Shown: positions 1 through 8,572, numbered from the stretch's first letter. The stretch: 55,086 bases of DNA from a virus (IMGVR_UViG_3300031785_000003:1-55086); one strand, 5' to 3'. Translations and numbers: made by a program. The notes: generated from the sequence alone by a model not told the origin.

Positions 1-169
1 AAGGTCTGCTTTTACTGCAGCTGATACATCAGGACTGTGTATCAAAGTCCAAGAAGTTGTCAGGAGTTCTTCTGCCTGTGCCCGGGCCTTAACTTTGAAT
101 GTCATTCCCTTATCACGGATTTCATTTCTGTAAGACTCAACCTTCTTCAGAAAAACCTGATCCTTATTA
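1..169. repeat. Terminal direct repeat, copy 1 (circular overlap with 54918-55086)
   Basis: 1-169 matches 54918-55086 with 4 substitutions (positions 127, 148, 150, 154). Confidence 0.95.
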
Positions 170-309
170 TAAGTGATTATATCTTCCGCTTTGATTTTGT
201 GTCTTTCAATAACTTCATCTAAAGATTCACCGCTGCCCTCTAACATAAGAGCAACATCAAAAGCTAAACGGTCTGACCACTTAGTATGTTTCAATGGTAG
301 CGTATCCAT
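1..309 (-). CDS. terS: Putative terminase small subunit, 5' part; continues at 54917-54750 after circularisation (158 aa total)
   Basis: Read manually from ATG 309: MDTLPLKHTKWSDRLAFDVALMLEGSGESLDEV...IRDKG, in frame with ORF 54750..55022 (MTFKVKARAQAEELL...). First gene of the late arm, upstream of TerL; function inferred from position and size. Confidence 0.7.
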   Translation of the reverse strand, partial: MDTLPLKHTKWSDRLAFDVALMLEGSGESLDEVIERHKIKAEDIITYNKDQVFLKKVESYRNEIRDKGMTFKVKARAQAEELLTTSWTLIHSPDVSAAVKADL

Positions 310-315
310 AACGAC

Positions 316-343
316 ATCATACGCAAAACTAAAACTATGTCAA
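316..343 (-). promoter_or_regulatory. Sigma70-type leftward promoter for terS (likely leaderless mRNA)
   Basis: TTGACA (343-338), 16 nt, TATGAT (321-316), then 6 nt to ATG 309 with no SD. Confidence 0.7.
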
Positions 344-399
344 GCAGTAAACTTTACACCTCTGTTTTTTGGGTCTTGTTATATGAGGTTTACTTATAT

Positions 400-437
400 G
401 GGGGGGTGGCACGCGCGTGCAGTCCAAGTGCCCCCCC
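400..437. other. GC-rich inverted repeat between divergent promoters; candidate packaging or genome-end site
   Basis: G7 (400-406) ... C7 (431-437) enclosing the perfect palindrome GCACGCGCGTGC (409-420). Confidence 0.4.
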
Positions 438-508
438 TTTTGCCTTGTTTGTTGCCTTATTTAGTGCTATGGCTATCGTACTCTAGAAAGCCTAGTTTTC
501 TGCCTAAC

Positions 509-537
509 TTGACAAATGCGTAAAGTTTTGATAGCTT
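509..537 (+). promoter_or_regulatory. Sigma70-type early promoter P1
   Basis: TTGACA 509-514, 17 nt spacer ending TGA (extended -10), TAGCTT 532-537. Confidence 0.7.
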
Positions 538-623
538 TATAACATCAGCAAATCGCTGACTGACAATAACAAGTATCTAGTCAATACTTACATTAGCTCA
601 CATTGAGCTGGAAAGGATAGACT

Positions 624-1004
624 ATGTCTAAACTTTATAAAGGTAATGTGACTCTTGGTTTGCACAGAGAACCTGTTGTGGTGGTTCCTGCTGAGTTTGG
701 CCCAGACGGTTTTCCCGTTGTGCCAGCTGTAACCAAGTTGGTTGCAAAGGATTTGCGCCTCAAGGCAGATCCAAATGGTGCTTTCAATTCAGAGAATGCC
801 TCTGAGTTGTTGGCGAAGGCTGACGAAGCGGCTAAGAAGTACAAAGTACCTCTTAACACTTGGTCATTTTGGTTTCCACTAGGTAGGAAAAAAGGTCTTG
901 TACCTTGTTTGCTTGCCGCCAAATGGGGCAAACCAAAACTAGTTCTTCTTAAGCCTTTGGCTAAGAAGGCCAAACCAACAAGCAAGTTTGAACCACTTGC
1001 TTAA
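624..1004 (+). CDS. Early hypothetical protein, paralog of 1822..2130
   Basis: 126 aa ORF with GGAAAGGA upstream; shares M.KLY.GNV, GAFN.EN.SEL, VP.LLA and GKP.L with the second copy. Confidence 0.85.
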   Translation: MSKLYKGNVTLGLHREPVVVVPAEFGPDGFPVVPAVTKLVAKDLRLKADPNGAFNSENASELLAKADEAAKKYKVPLNTWSFWFPLGRKKGLVPCLLAAKWGKPKLVLLKPLAKKAKPTSKFEPLA

Positions 1005-1013
1005 TTGTCAACC

Positions 1014-1035
1014 GAGAGGAGCTTCGGCTCCTCTC
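1014..1035 (+). terminator. Stable cUUCGg hairpin (terminator or mRNA stabiliser)
   Basis: GAGAGGAGC-TTCG-GCTCCTCTC, 9-bp stem, no U-tract. Confidence 0.6.
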
Positions 1036-1056
1036 ATAACTTGAATGGAGAATAAC

Positions 1057-1221
1057 ATGGAGAAATTACGAACTTGGAAACTAACTTGGAAGGAAGACTA
1101 TTCTTATTATTTTAGATGGTTCAAATCTAAGAAGCAAGCTGAGAATTGGGCTTGGTCACAACTAATAGATAAAAGAATCTGTTATGCTAATCAAATCAAA
1201 ATCAATCAAGAAAGTAGATAA
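1057..1221 (+). CDS. Small Trp-rich hypothetical protein (54 aa; not in ORF track)
   Basis: GGAG SD at 1047; MEKLRTWKLTWKEDYSYYFRWFKSKKQAENWAWSQ...; ends just before a terminator. Confidence 0.75.
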   Translation: MEKLRTWKLTWKEDYSYYFRWFKSKKQAENWAWSQLIDKRICYANQIKINQESR

Positions 1222-1227
1222 GAGATT

Positions 1228-1259
1228 GGGGCTTCGGCCCCTTTCTTTTTTTGTTTTTT
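1228..1259 (+). terminator. Rho-independent terminator
   Basis: GGGGC-TTCG-GCCCC followed by a long T-tract. Confidence 0.9.
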
Positions 1260-1339
1260 AAATTTTATATATATCCCATAGCTCGGGGGGTTATCGCAGG
1301 CATACAAAGCGATATAATGTCAGCGTATACTGTAAAGTT

Positions 1340-1710
1340 ACAAGCTATCTAACTATCTAATCCTAACTATACACAATATGTTGTGTTTTAGATACCGAAA
1401 CTATACATTGTGGCTACCATACAGCGTTGATTTCTCTGGGTTATAGCGATATGGTAAGCGAAATACTATCTAGTTTATCTAAATTATCTACTAAATTAAC
1501 ATATACCCTTTGTCTGCGAGATAATACTAGCGATATATCAATAGCGAGAGTAGTACAACATTACTAAAATATATCCAGATAGTTTAGATACTAATGCTGT
1601 AACATACTGTAGTACTATCGTTCTAGCTATACAACATACTTCTGTATCCCCTTACTATACACTATATAAAGCAGATTGAAGTATTCTAGACTAGATACTT
1701 AGTTATCTGA
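1340..1710. repeat. Non-coding region with TATCTA/TAGATA iterons; candidate replication origin
   Basis: TATCTA at 1346, 1354, 1467, 1476, 1485; inverted TAGATA at 1389, 1585, 1692; no ORF in the track. Confidence 0.5.
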
Positions 1711-1716
1711 CCAAAC

Positions 1717-1745
1717 TTTACAACAAAATTTTTTTGTGATAAGTT
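1717..1745 (+). promoter_or_regulatory. Sigma70-type early promoter P2
   Basis: TTTACA 1717-1722, 17 nt spacer ending TGA, TAAGTT 1740-1745; same layout as P1. Confidence 0.6.
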
Positions 1746-1821
1746 TACAAAATCGGCAGGAAATTTTTTTGAGTTTCTTGATGCTGATTACCTATGAATT
1801 AACATAACAAGGAGGTATATT

Positions 1822-2130
1822 ATGGGTAAATTATATGAAGGTAACGTAGAAGTCTATGCTAACCACGAGACTAAGAAGATTAATCTAAGACCTAATCCTA
1901 AGGGAGCATTCAATAAGGAGAATGTATCTGAGTTGTATAAGACGATGAAGAAACATTCCGATAAGCTAGGGTATACTATGAATATCTATGTACCAGATGC
2001 TAGTAAGGCTGAAGTACCATTGCTACTAGCAAGTTACAGATTTGGTGGTAAACCTTACTTAGCAATGTTGGAGAAGAAAGACAACGTTACTACTGTTACT
2101 AAGAAGTCTAACATTGAAGTGTTGGCTTAA
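1822..2130 (+). CDS. Early hypothetical protein, paralog of 624..1004
   Basis: 102 aa, AAGGAGGT SD, alignable to 624..1004. Confidence 0.9.
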   Translation: MGKLYEGNVEVYANHETKKINLRPNPKGAFNKENVSELYKTMKKHSDKLGYTMNIYVPDASKAEVPLLLASYRFGGKPYLAMLEKKDNVTTVTKKSNIEVLA

Positions 2131-2146
2131 CATTTTGTTCAATCAT

Positions 2147-2176
2147 ACCCAGAGTAGTTGCTATGCTACTCTGGGT
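2147..2176 (+). terminator. Hairpin after second paralog
   Basis: ACCCAGAGTAG / CTACTCTGGGT 11-bp stem. Confidence 0.5.
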
Positions 2177-2195
2177 TCTAACTATGGAGGATATT

Positions 2196-2390
2196 ATGCA
2201 AGAAGTTTATTTGGGTACTACCCAGAGTGGTAAGTGTGGTTACTTTACTGACGGATTCCTAGCCTTGAGTATTCCAGACAGAGCATTCAAGACTTGGACT
2301 ACTGAGCAACATATTGAGTATTGTAAGAGGTTCAATTTCAAGTATGTTACTAGGGATTATACTAGTTGGATACAATCTTATGAGTGCTAA
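2196..2390 (+). CDS. Hypothetical protein (64 aa)
   Basis: Start moved to MQEVY behind GGAGG SD. Confidence 0.7.
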   Translation: MQEVYLGTTQSGKCGYFTDGFLALSIPDRAFKTWTTEQHIEYCKRFNFKYVTRDYTSWIQSYEC

Positions 2391-2592
2391 GTATCTATGT
2401 ACAGTGTGTTGTAATGAGTGGGTTAGTCCTGCTCGTTACAATCTTGGTTACAATACTTGTTTGAAATGTGGGGAGGTCTCGGCAGGTAAGCGTAAGTTTA
2501 CAGTAGTACCTATGCACAAGTCGAACTATGTTGTAGTATCTAATAAAGAAGAACTCAAAGGAATTAATAACAAGGGAGGTAAGTATGGATAA
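2380..2592 (+). CDS. C4 zinc-finger protein, DksA/TraR-like spacing (70 aa)
   Basis: CTVC-x16-CLKC containing 'SPARYNLG'; start MSAKYLC overlaps the upstream gene. Confidence 0.6.
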   Translation: MSAKYLCTVCCNEWVSPARYNLGYNTCLKCGEVSAGKRKFTVVPMHKSNYVVVSNKEELKGINNKGGKYG

Positions 2593-2686
2593 GAGTTTAT
2601 TATGGTGGGTATTCTATGGTGCAATACTAAGTGCTACTGTATCACTATTGGATATGTATTTTGGGTGGGGTATATTCCCACAATGA
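2585..2686 (+). CDS. Small membrane peptide (33 aa; not in ORF track)
   Basis: GGAGGT SD; MDKSLLWWVFYGAILSATVSLLDMYFGWGIFPQ, single hydrophobic helix. Confidence 0.7.
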   Translation: MDKSLLWWVFYGAILSATVSLLDMYFGWGIFPQ

Positions 2687-2711
2687 TTAACATAACACGA
2701 AAGGTTATCGA

Positions 2712-2924
2712 ATGAGTTTATATGTAGAGAATATGCATGATGTAGATAGGATACTATCCAATCTGGATAGGGCGTACAATAATGCAGAAGATGTAAGGTT
2801 CAAGAAACTATGGCTAGATAAATGGAATCAGTTTGTAACAGACTACAAAGACATTGCAGGAAATCTAAAGCCTAGAGATTTTGAGTATGAACAATTTTTA
2901 GACAAAGGAGGTGAAGATGAATAA
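2712..2924 (+). CDS. Hypothetical protein
   Basis: 70 aa ORF, AAAGG upstream, tight packing. Confidence 0.75.
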   Translation: MSLYVENMHDVDRILSNLDRAYNNAEDVRFKKLWLDKWNQFVTDYKDIAGNLKPRDFEYEQFLDKGGEDE

Positions 2925-3105
2925 GAGTATGTTGAGACTTTTTATGCTACGACAGCATCAAGGTGGAGTACCAGTAAGAGATGAGAAGGGCGACATCATC
3001 TACTACTCAGACAAGAAGGTCGCTAAGAGGGATAGGGTAGGCAATCAAGTCGTATCCTATGGTATAGACCATCGCAAATATACAAACAGAAAGGAAGGTG
3101 CGTAA
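2917..3105 (+). CDS. Hypothetical protein
   Basis: AGGAGGTG SD; TAATG coupling to the ATPase gene. Confidence 0.75.
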   Translation: MNKSMLRLFMLRQHQGGVPVRDEKGDIIYYSDKKVAKRDRVGNQVVSYGIDHRKYTNRKEGA

Positions 3106-4097
3106 TGCGAGCCACATTATTGAAGGAAACTATTAAGAAACTGTTCCCAACTAAGAGGACAGTATCTATCGAAGGTAGCCCAGGGGGTGGTAAGACTACC
3201 ATTGTACAACAAGTTGCTAAGGAACTTGGGATTGGGTACATCGAGAAACATATGCCGACTATGTTGGTGGAGGACTTCGGTATCCTCTATCCGAATGGAG
3301 ATGATATGTTACACTACAAACTGCCTGATTGGTTTCCATCGGAGGACAGAGCAGACATACCTGATGAAGGTATACTGTGCTTTGATGACAGAAACCAAGC
3401 CAACGCAGACTTGCAGAAGGTACTAGCAAACATATGTCAAGCTAGGAATCTACACGGCAAGGCTCTGAAGAAAGGGTGGATGGTAGTATCCACTGGTAAC
3501 AGACAGTCGGACAGAGCAGGTGCTAACAGAGTGCTGTCTCATCTGCGTAATCGTGAGACTGTGTTTGAACTTGAGACACACCTAGATGATTGGACTAGTT
3601 GGGCAATCGACAACGGAGTGAAACCTGTTGTCATATCATTCATTAGGTTTCGTTCTGCATTGTTGCACGACTTCGACCCACAGAGAGATGTGAACCCATC
3701 TCCTCGTAGTTGGGTAGAGGGTGTGTCTGATACCATTGGTATCGTACCATCGGAGGCAGAGTACGAAACATTCAAGGGTGCTGTTGGTGAAGGGTGTGCG
3801 GCAGAGTTTACAGGCTTTCTAAAGATTGAGAGGAAGTTGCCTAATCCTGACACAATCATTCAACGACCAATGGATGTAGCTGTACCTGATGACCCTGCCA
3901 CTTGCTATGCATTGACTGGTGCATTGGGTGATAGGGCAACCACTGAAAACTTTGGGAATATCGTGAAGTTTGCAGAACGTATGTCGCCTGAGTTCTCTGT
4001 GTTGTGTGTATCGTATGCTAGTCGTAAGAACCCTGACCTTGCATCGCACCAAGCATTCACAGAGTGGGCTGTTAAACACCAAGATGTTTTATTTTAA
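3105..4097 (+). CDS. AAA+ ATPase (MoxR/dynein-related type)
   Basis: Walker A GSPGGGKT, Walker B ILCFDD, sensor-1 STGNR, LRNR arginine finger, SPRSW sensor-2. Confidence 0.9.
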   Translation: MRATLLKETIKKLFPTKRTVSIEGSPGGGKTTIVQQVAKELGIGYIEKHMPTMLVEDFGILYPNGDDMLHYKLPDWFPSEDRADIPDEGILCFDDRNQANADLQKVLANICQARNLHGKALKKGWMVVSTGNRQSDRAGANRVLSHLRNRETVFELETHLDDWTSWAIDNGVKPVVISFIRFRSALLHDFDPQRDVNPSPRSWVEGVSDTIGIVPSEAEYETFKGAVGEGCAAEFTGFLKIERKLPNPDTIIQRPMDVAVPDDPATCYALTGALGDRATTENFGNIVKFAERMSPEFSVLCVSYASRKNPDLASHQAFTEWAVKHQDVLF

Positions 4098-4108
4098 AGG
4101 AGGTAATT

Positions 4109-4960
4109 ATGAAATTGAGTGATAAAGCATTACTAGTCCAGTTAAATATCTCGCAATGGACAGCGAGGAAGTACGACAAGAGAGCCACTGAACAAGTGGC
4201 TCAGCAGAATGGGAGTGCATCTCAAGCAGGTAGGTACAACAAGTCGTTGTTACCTATGAATGATGCACTGAATAACATTCATCAGAAGTCTACCTTGATT
4301 CGTAAGAAGTTCTACACGAACACACTACCTTGGGGTATTGAAGGTACGATGATGTTGCCATCAGCTAACTACCTGAACTTTATGACAGAGTTTAGAAAGG
4401 AGAAAGCTGATTGGGAATCACTTGTAGATACATTCTACCACGAGTATCCACGACTGCATGCAGATGCACAGAGGTTTCTTGGTAACTTGTACAACAAGGC
4501 TGACTATCCTGAACTGCACGATATACAACGCAAGTTCAAGATGGATATGGCTGTGTTTCCAGTACCATCGAATGACTTTCGTGTAAGCATCGGTGATGCA
4601 GAGTTGGAAAGGATACAGCAAGATGTTGAGGCAAGAGTTGAGAACTCTGCACAACAAGCAATGAAGGAGGCTTGGCAAAGGTTGTATGACAGAGTAAAGC
4701 ATATGGCTGAGAAACTTGCTGACCCAAAGGCTGTGTTCAGAGATACTCTGGTAGAGAACACTAAGGAAGTCTGCTCCATTTTGAGTAGGCTTAACTTTGC
4801 TGACGACCCTGACTTGGAAACTATGCGACAACAAGTTGAGGGGAGTCTGGCTAACAACCACCCTGAAAGTCTGCGTAATGACCCTGACCTTAGAAAGAAC
4901 AAGGCTGAAGAGGCTAAGGCTATTATGGACAAGATGGGTGCATTTATGGGAGGTAACTAA
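4109..4960 (+). CDS. Helical accessory protein of the AAA/VWA module (DUF3150-like)
   Basis: 283 aa, AAGGAGGT SD, sits between ATPase and VWA genes; family assignment from memory. Confidence 0.6.
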   Translation: MKLSDKALLVQLNISQWTARKYDKRATEQVAQQNGSASQAGRYNKSLLPMNDALNNIHQKSTLIRKKFYTNTLPWGIEGTMMLPSANYLNFMTEFRKEKADWESLVDTFYHEYPRLHADAQRFLGNLYNKADYPELHDIQRKFKMDMAVFPVPSNDFRVSIGDAELERIQQDVEARVENSAQQAMKEAWQRLYDRVKHMAEKLADPKAVFRDTLVENTKEVCSILSRLNFADDPDLETMRQQVEGSLANNHPESLRNDPDLRKNKAEEAKAIMDKMGAFMGGN

Positions 4961-6096
4961 TGGAGTTAGAAAGAAGAATTGCTAAGGCAAAGACGGCACT
5001 TATACTTGAGCATCCGTTCTTTGGTAACTTGGCTATGAATATGCCGTTCGAGATTACGAAGGAAGTACCAACAGCGGCGACTAATGGAGACAGAGTGTTG
5101 TTCAATCCTGACTTCTGTCAACCATTGAGTGATGAGGAACTTTTGTTCCTCGTTGCTCACGAAGTATGTCACCCAATGTTTGAGCATATCTTTCGTAGAG
5201 GTGAGAGAGATAAGTTCAAGTGGAACTATGCAGGTGATGCTGTCATCAATCCAATGCTCGAAGACGAGGGCATTGGTAAGTTTATCAAGGGTGGGGTTAT
5301 GGACAGAGACCTACTCAAACGAGGTGGTGGTACTACTGATGGTGTCTACAACTTGTTGCCACCAGAACCCAAAGACAAGAATGGTGGCGAAGGATTTGGC
5401 AATGGTATGAATCCATATGATGACATTGAAGATGCTACTGGTAACTCTTCACCTGCTGAGATTGAGAAGAAGAAAGCAGAGTGGAAAGTCAAGGTAGCCC
5501 AAGCGGCTCAGTCTGCAAAGATGATGGGTAAGCTGTCGGCAGGAGTGGAAAGATTTGTCGGTGATTTACTCAAGCCAAGAGTCAATTGGAAAGATGTTAT
5601 GCAGAGGTTTCTTGTCAAGCAACGAACTGACCAACGAACTTGGGCAAGACCAAACAGAAGGTTCTTGTCACAAGGTATGTATCTACCGAGTGTATCAGGT
5701 GAGGCTCTAGGTGAACTGTGCTTTGCTATTGATACATCAGGTTCGATTGGACAAAAGGAACTGACACAGTTTGCTAGTGAGATTGTGAAGGTGCATCAAG
5801 ACTTATCACCTACTAAGATACACATTATCTACTTTGATTCTCAAGTGTGTCATTACGATTGCTTTGAAGATGATGAGCCAGTCATATCCCCACATGGTGG
5901 AGGAGGTACTGCGTTCAGTCCTATCTTCAAGTATATGCAGGAGAAGGACATTGACCCTGTTGCTTGTGTTGTACTCACAGACCTATGTTGTGATGACTTC
6001 GGCGATGAACCTGCGTACCCAGTTCTATGGGTATCCAATATGAAAGGCAAAGCCCCTTGGGGTGAGGTTGTTTATATGGAGGGTGTCAATGGGTAA
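4960..6096 (+). CDS. Zn-metallopeptidase + VWA domain protein (DUF2201-like)
   Basis: TAATNG, HEVCH (HExxH), MIDAS DTSGS, GGGGT.F, LTD. Confidence 0.9.
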   Translation: MELERRIAKAKTALILEHPFFGNLAMNMPFEITKEVPTAATNGDRVLFNPDFCQPLSDEELLFLVAHEVCHPMFEHIFRRGERDKFKWNYAGDAVINPMLEDEGIGKFIKGGVMDRDLLKRGGGTTDGVYNLLPPEPKDKNGGEGFGNGMNPYDDIEDATGNSSPAEIEKKKAEWKVKVAQAAQSAKMMGKLSAGVERFVGDLLKPRVNWKDVMQRFLVKQRTDQRTWARPNRRFLSQGMYLPSVSGEALGELCFAIDTSGSIGQKELTQFASEIVKVHQDLSPTKIHIIYFDSQVCHYDCFEDDEPVISPHGGGGTAFSPIFKYMQEKDIDPVACVVLTDLCCDDFGDEPAYPVLWVSNMKGKAPWGEVVYMEGVNG

Positions 6097-6298
6097 AGTA
6101 AAAGGATTGTTGATGACTGCTGAGGCTGTACTCTATGAAGGATTAAATGATAGAGGTTGGACAAACGAACAGACCTTAGCATTCATTAAGAAGGAACTAG
6201 GACAGATGGCGTACGACCACGCTAAAAGTGTTCTGGAAGATTGGAACGAACTTGATAACCATAACAATGAAAGGAAGGTAACCGATGGCGACAGTTAG
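6089..6298 (+). CDS. Hypothetical protein
   Basis: Start MGKVK behind GGAGG; overlaps both neighbours. Confidence 0.7.
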   Translation: MGKVKGLLMTAEAVLYEGLNDRGWTNEQTLAFIKKELGQMAYDHAKSVLEDWNELDNHNNERKVTDGDS

Positions 6299-6983
6299 AT
6301 TTAGCCTAGACTTAACAGATAAGATAATAGCAAATGCTAGAGAGATGTTCACGGAGGACATAAGGAAAGCAAGAATGAATATACCAGTAGGGTGGGGGCA
6401 AAAGTTGTATGACAGTTTGTTCTCAGCAGAGGTACAAGCACAGATGAATGCTTTGCCTGATGGGTATATGAATACCATAACTGAGTTTGAACTCACTGGT
6501 TTCAAGAATGCACCAGATGATGTGTGGCAATCAGCGAATACTAAAGTAAAAACTTGGACAGAGGTGAATGTTGTACTTCACTTGACTAGTCCATTGAGAT
6601 TTCCAGATAGAGACAAGTGGTTCAATGGTAAGATAGACAGAGGATACTACGTTAGCTATGGTAGTAAGACTCTAGACTTTGGAAGAGATGAGTTCAGGTG
6701 GTTGCACGAGCCATTCAAGAAATACACAAGAGGTATCTTTGAGGCTCAGAAAAAACAAGATGACTTTGTAGCAGGTGTTCAACAAATTATCAGTGCATAT
6801 ACAACACTAGCACCTGCGTTGAAGGCTTGGCAACCACTATGGGATTTACTTCCTGATGAAACTAAACAAAGACACAAGAAGATTGTTGACAGACCTAAAG
6901 TAAAGACAGCACAAGACATTGGTGTAGACTTGAACAAGATGACTTCTGCTGTTGCATTTAACAAACTAACTAGAAAGAGGTAA
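6285..6983 (+). CDS. Hypothetical protein (possibly Nmad5-like)
   Basis: 232 aa, AAGGAAGG SD; C-terminal TTLAPALKAWQPLWDLLP resembles that family only by eye. Confidence 0.7.
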   Translation: MATVRFSLDLTDKIIANAREMFTEDIRKARMNIPVGWGQKLYDSLFSAEVQAQMNALPDGYMNTITEFELTGFKNAPDDVWQSANTKVKTWTEVNVVLHLTSPLRFPDRDKWFNGKIDRGYYVSYGSKTLDFGRDEFRWLHEPFKKYTRGIFEAQKKQDDFVAGVQQIISAYTTLAPALKAWQPLWDLLPDETKQRHKKIVDRPKVKTAQDIGVDLNKMTSAVAFNKLTRKR

Positions 6984-6986
6984 CTA

Positions 6987-8099
6987 ATGGGTATGATAAA
7001 AACAAAACAAGAACTAATCGAGTACATAACTGAGGAGTATGAAGGCGATAGACATCTCAGGGCTTGGTGTATAGATGACAATATGGGAAGGAGGTTGGAC
7101 AACTACCATATGTTTGCAGAACATTTTAGAAGATGCCGTGATAAAGCTAAAGGTAGAAAAGTATCATCAGCCTTTAGAATGTTCAGCACAGTAGAACAAG
7201 GTGTCAAGTGTTATGATTTGCACATTGATGGGTACGGAAGTAATCCTTTTATGCGTATAACACCTGACAACATAGTGGAGTTTGTTGCTACACCTGATGT
7301 GGTAGTGCAACACGCACAGTCTGTGGTGTCCTCTGTTCATCGTTGGATACCATTCACTTTCGAAAGACACAGAAAAGGTCTGTATCGTGTGAATAGTTCT
7401 CAGCATTTCAACAAGGAGTACATACATATTACTAAGACAAACCTAAAAAGACTGAAGGAAGATGCTGAAAACTATGAAGGGGAGATGTCTGAATCTATCA
7501 TCAATAAGTTTCAAGGTGAGTGTTGGCGAAATGGTTGGACTACTTCGTCTAAGATTATGCGTCAATCCCCTGCATACTTTCAAGGTATCAAGTTCAACAT
7601 ACTTTCTGGTAATTGTTTGAATCGTAGATTTGATGACAAGTTCATTGAGAAACCTAAACAGCGAAAAGAATGGAGACAAGCACTAGCTAAGTTCAAACGT
7701 GGTATCAGAGCAAGAGCAAAGATTCGTGCCTTTGACCCATTAATTGAGAAGATGTGGGCAGAGAGACAAACACAGAATCATTACCATTGGAAACAACCTG
7801 ATTGGTCAAGTAATTCTTGGATGAGTTTACTTGAACAGTCAATACGAGACAACAAGTTTCCAAAAGAATTGTTGCTAGGTCTTTGTACTACACCACCAAC
7901 TGGGTACTATCAATCAGAGAAACCCACAAGTAATGATGTGTACAAGAGTACTTGTAAGATATTGGCTGACTGTTCAACAGAATTGCGTAGACGATTCAAT
8001 GTTTTTGAAAGTGAAGGACACGATGAAAGACGACAAGACAAGTACTATACTTATCACGAATCAAGAAACTTAACAATAGAAGAGGCAGGTAAAATATGA
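6987..8099 (+). CDS. Hypothetical protein
   Basis: 370 aa ORF, GAGGT SD, ATGA coupling to the next gene. Confidence 0.8.
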   Translation: MGMIKTKQELIEYITEEYEGDRHLRAWCIDDNMGRRLDNYHMFAEHFRRCRDKAKGRKVSSAFRMFSTVEQGVKCYDLHIDGYGSNPFMRITPDNIVEFVATPDVVVQHAQSVVSSVHRWIPFTFERHRKGLYRVNSSQHFNKEYIHITKTNLKRLKEDAENYEGEMSESIINKFQGECWRNGWTTSSKIMRQSPAYFQGIKFNILSGNCLNRRFDDKFIEKPKQRKEWRQALAKFKRGIRARAKIRAFDPLIEKMWAERQTQNHYHWKQPDWSSNSWMSLLEQSIRDNKFPKELLLGLCTTPPTGYYQSEKPTSNDVYKSTCKILADCSTELRRRFNVFESEGHDERRQDKYYTYHESRNLTIEEAGKI

Positions 8100-8572
8100 C
8101 AGTAATAGCTTGGGATGGAAAGACCCTTGCTACTGACAGAATGGCTAATGATGGTTCTCAGAAATGGGAATCATCAAAGGCTTGGTATAGCAAGAGGTAT
8201 AAAGAAAGGGAGTGTATAATAACTGGCACTGGTTTGTTAGCACATATAATACAGATGAAGGCTTGGTATATACAAGGAGGTGATGTAGATTCTTTTAGAG
8301 ACTTGCCTTGTAACAGAGTATCGTACAACACATCACAACTTATTGTAGTAAGAAGAGAAGGGTTGTATGTATTTGAAGGACACCACCCTGTCCTACGAAA
8401 GGAAAAGTTCAATGCCTTCGGAGATGGTAAAGAAATAGCTATGGGTGCATTGGCTATGGGTGCAACAGCTAAACAAGCTGTGCTTATTTGTAACGATTTT
8501 TCTTTACATTGTGGTAAAGGTGTGGAAGTATTTAGTTTACAAGGAGGTAAAGATGCCGAAGAGGAATGTTAA
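8096..8572 (+). CDS. Ntn-hydrolase, HslV/proteasome beta-subunit-like peptidase
   Basis: N-terminal (M)TVIAWDGKTLATD, AFGDG..IAMGAL..G, C-terminal DFS..CG.GV. Confidence 0.7.
   Translation: MTVIAWDGKTLATDRMANDGSQKWESSKAWYSKRYKERECIITGTGLLAHIIQMKAWYIQGGDVDSFRDLPCNRVSYNTSQLIVVRREGLYVFEGHHPVLRKEKFNAFGDGKEIAMGALAMGATAKQAVLICNDFSLHCGKGVEVFSLQGGKDAEEEC

Noticed and set aside
37-523. ORFs 37..222 and 173..523 (+)
   Set aside because: Antisense to terS and running across the divergent promoter region
1340-1710. CRISPR array
   Set aside because: Repeats are only 6-9 bp and irregularly spaced; the Cas4-like gene is an ordinary phage replication-module nuclease
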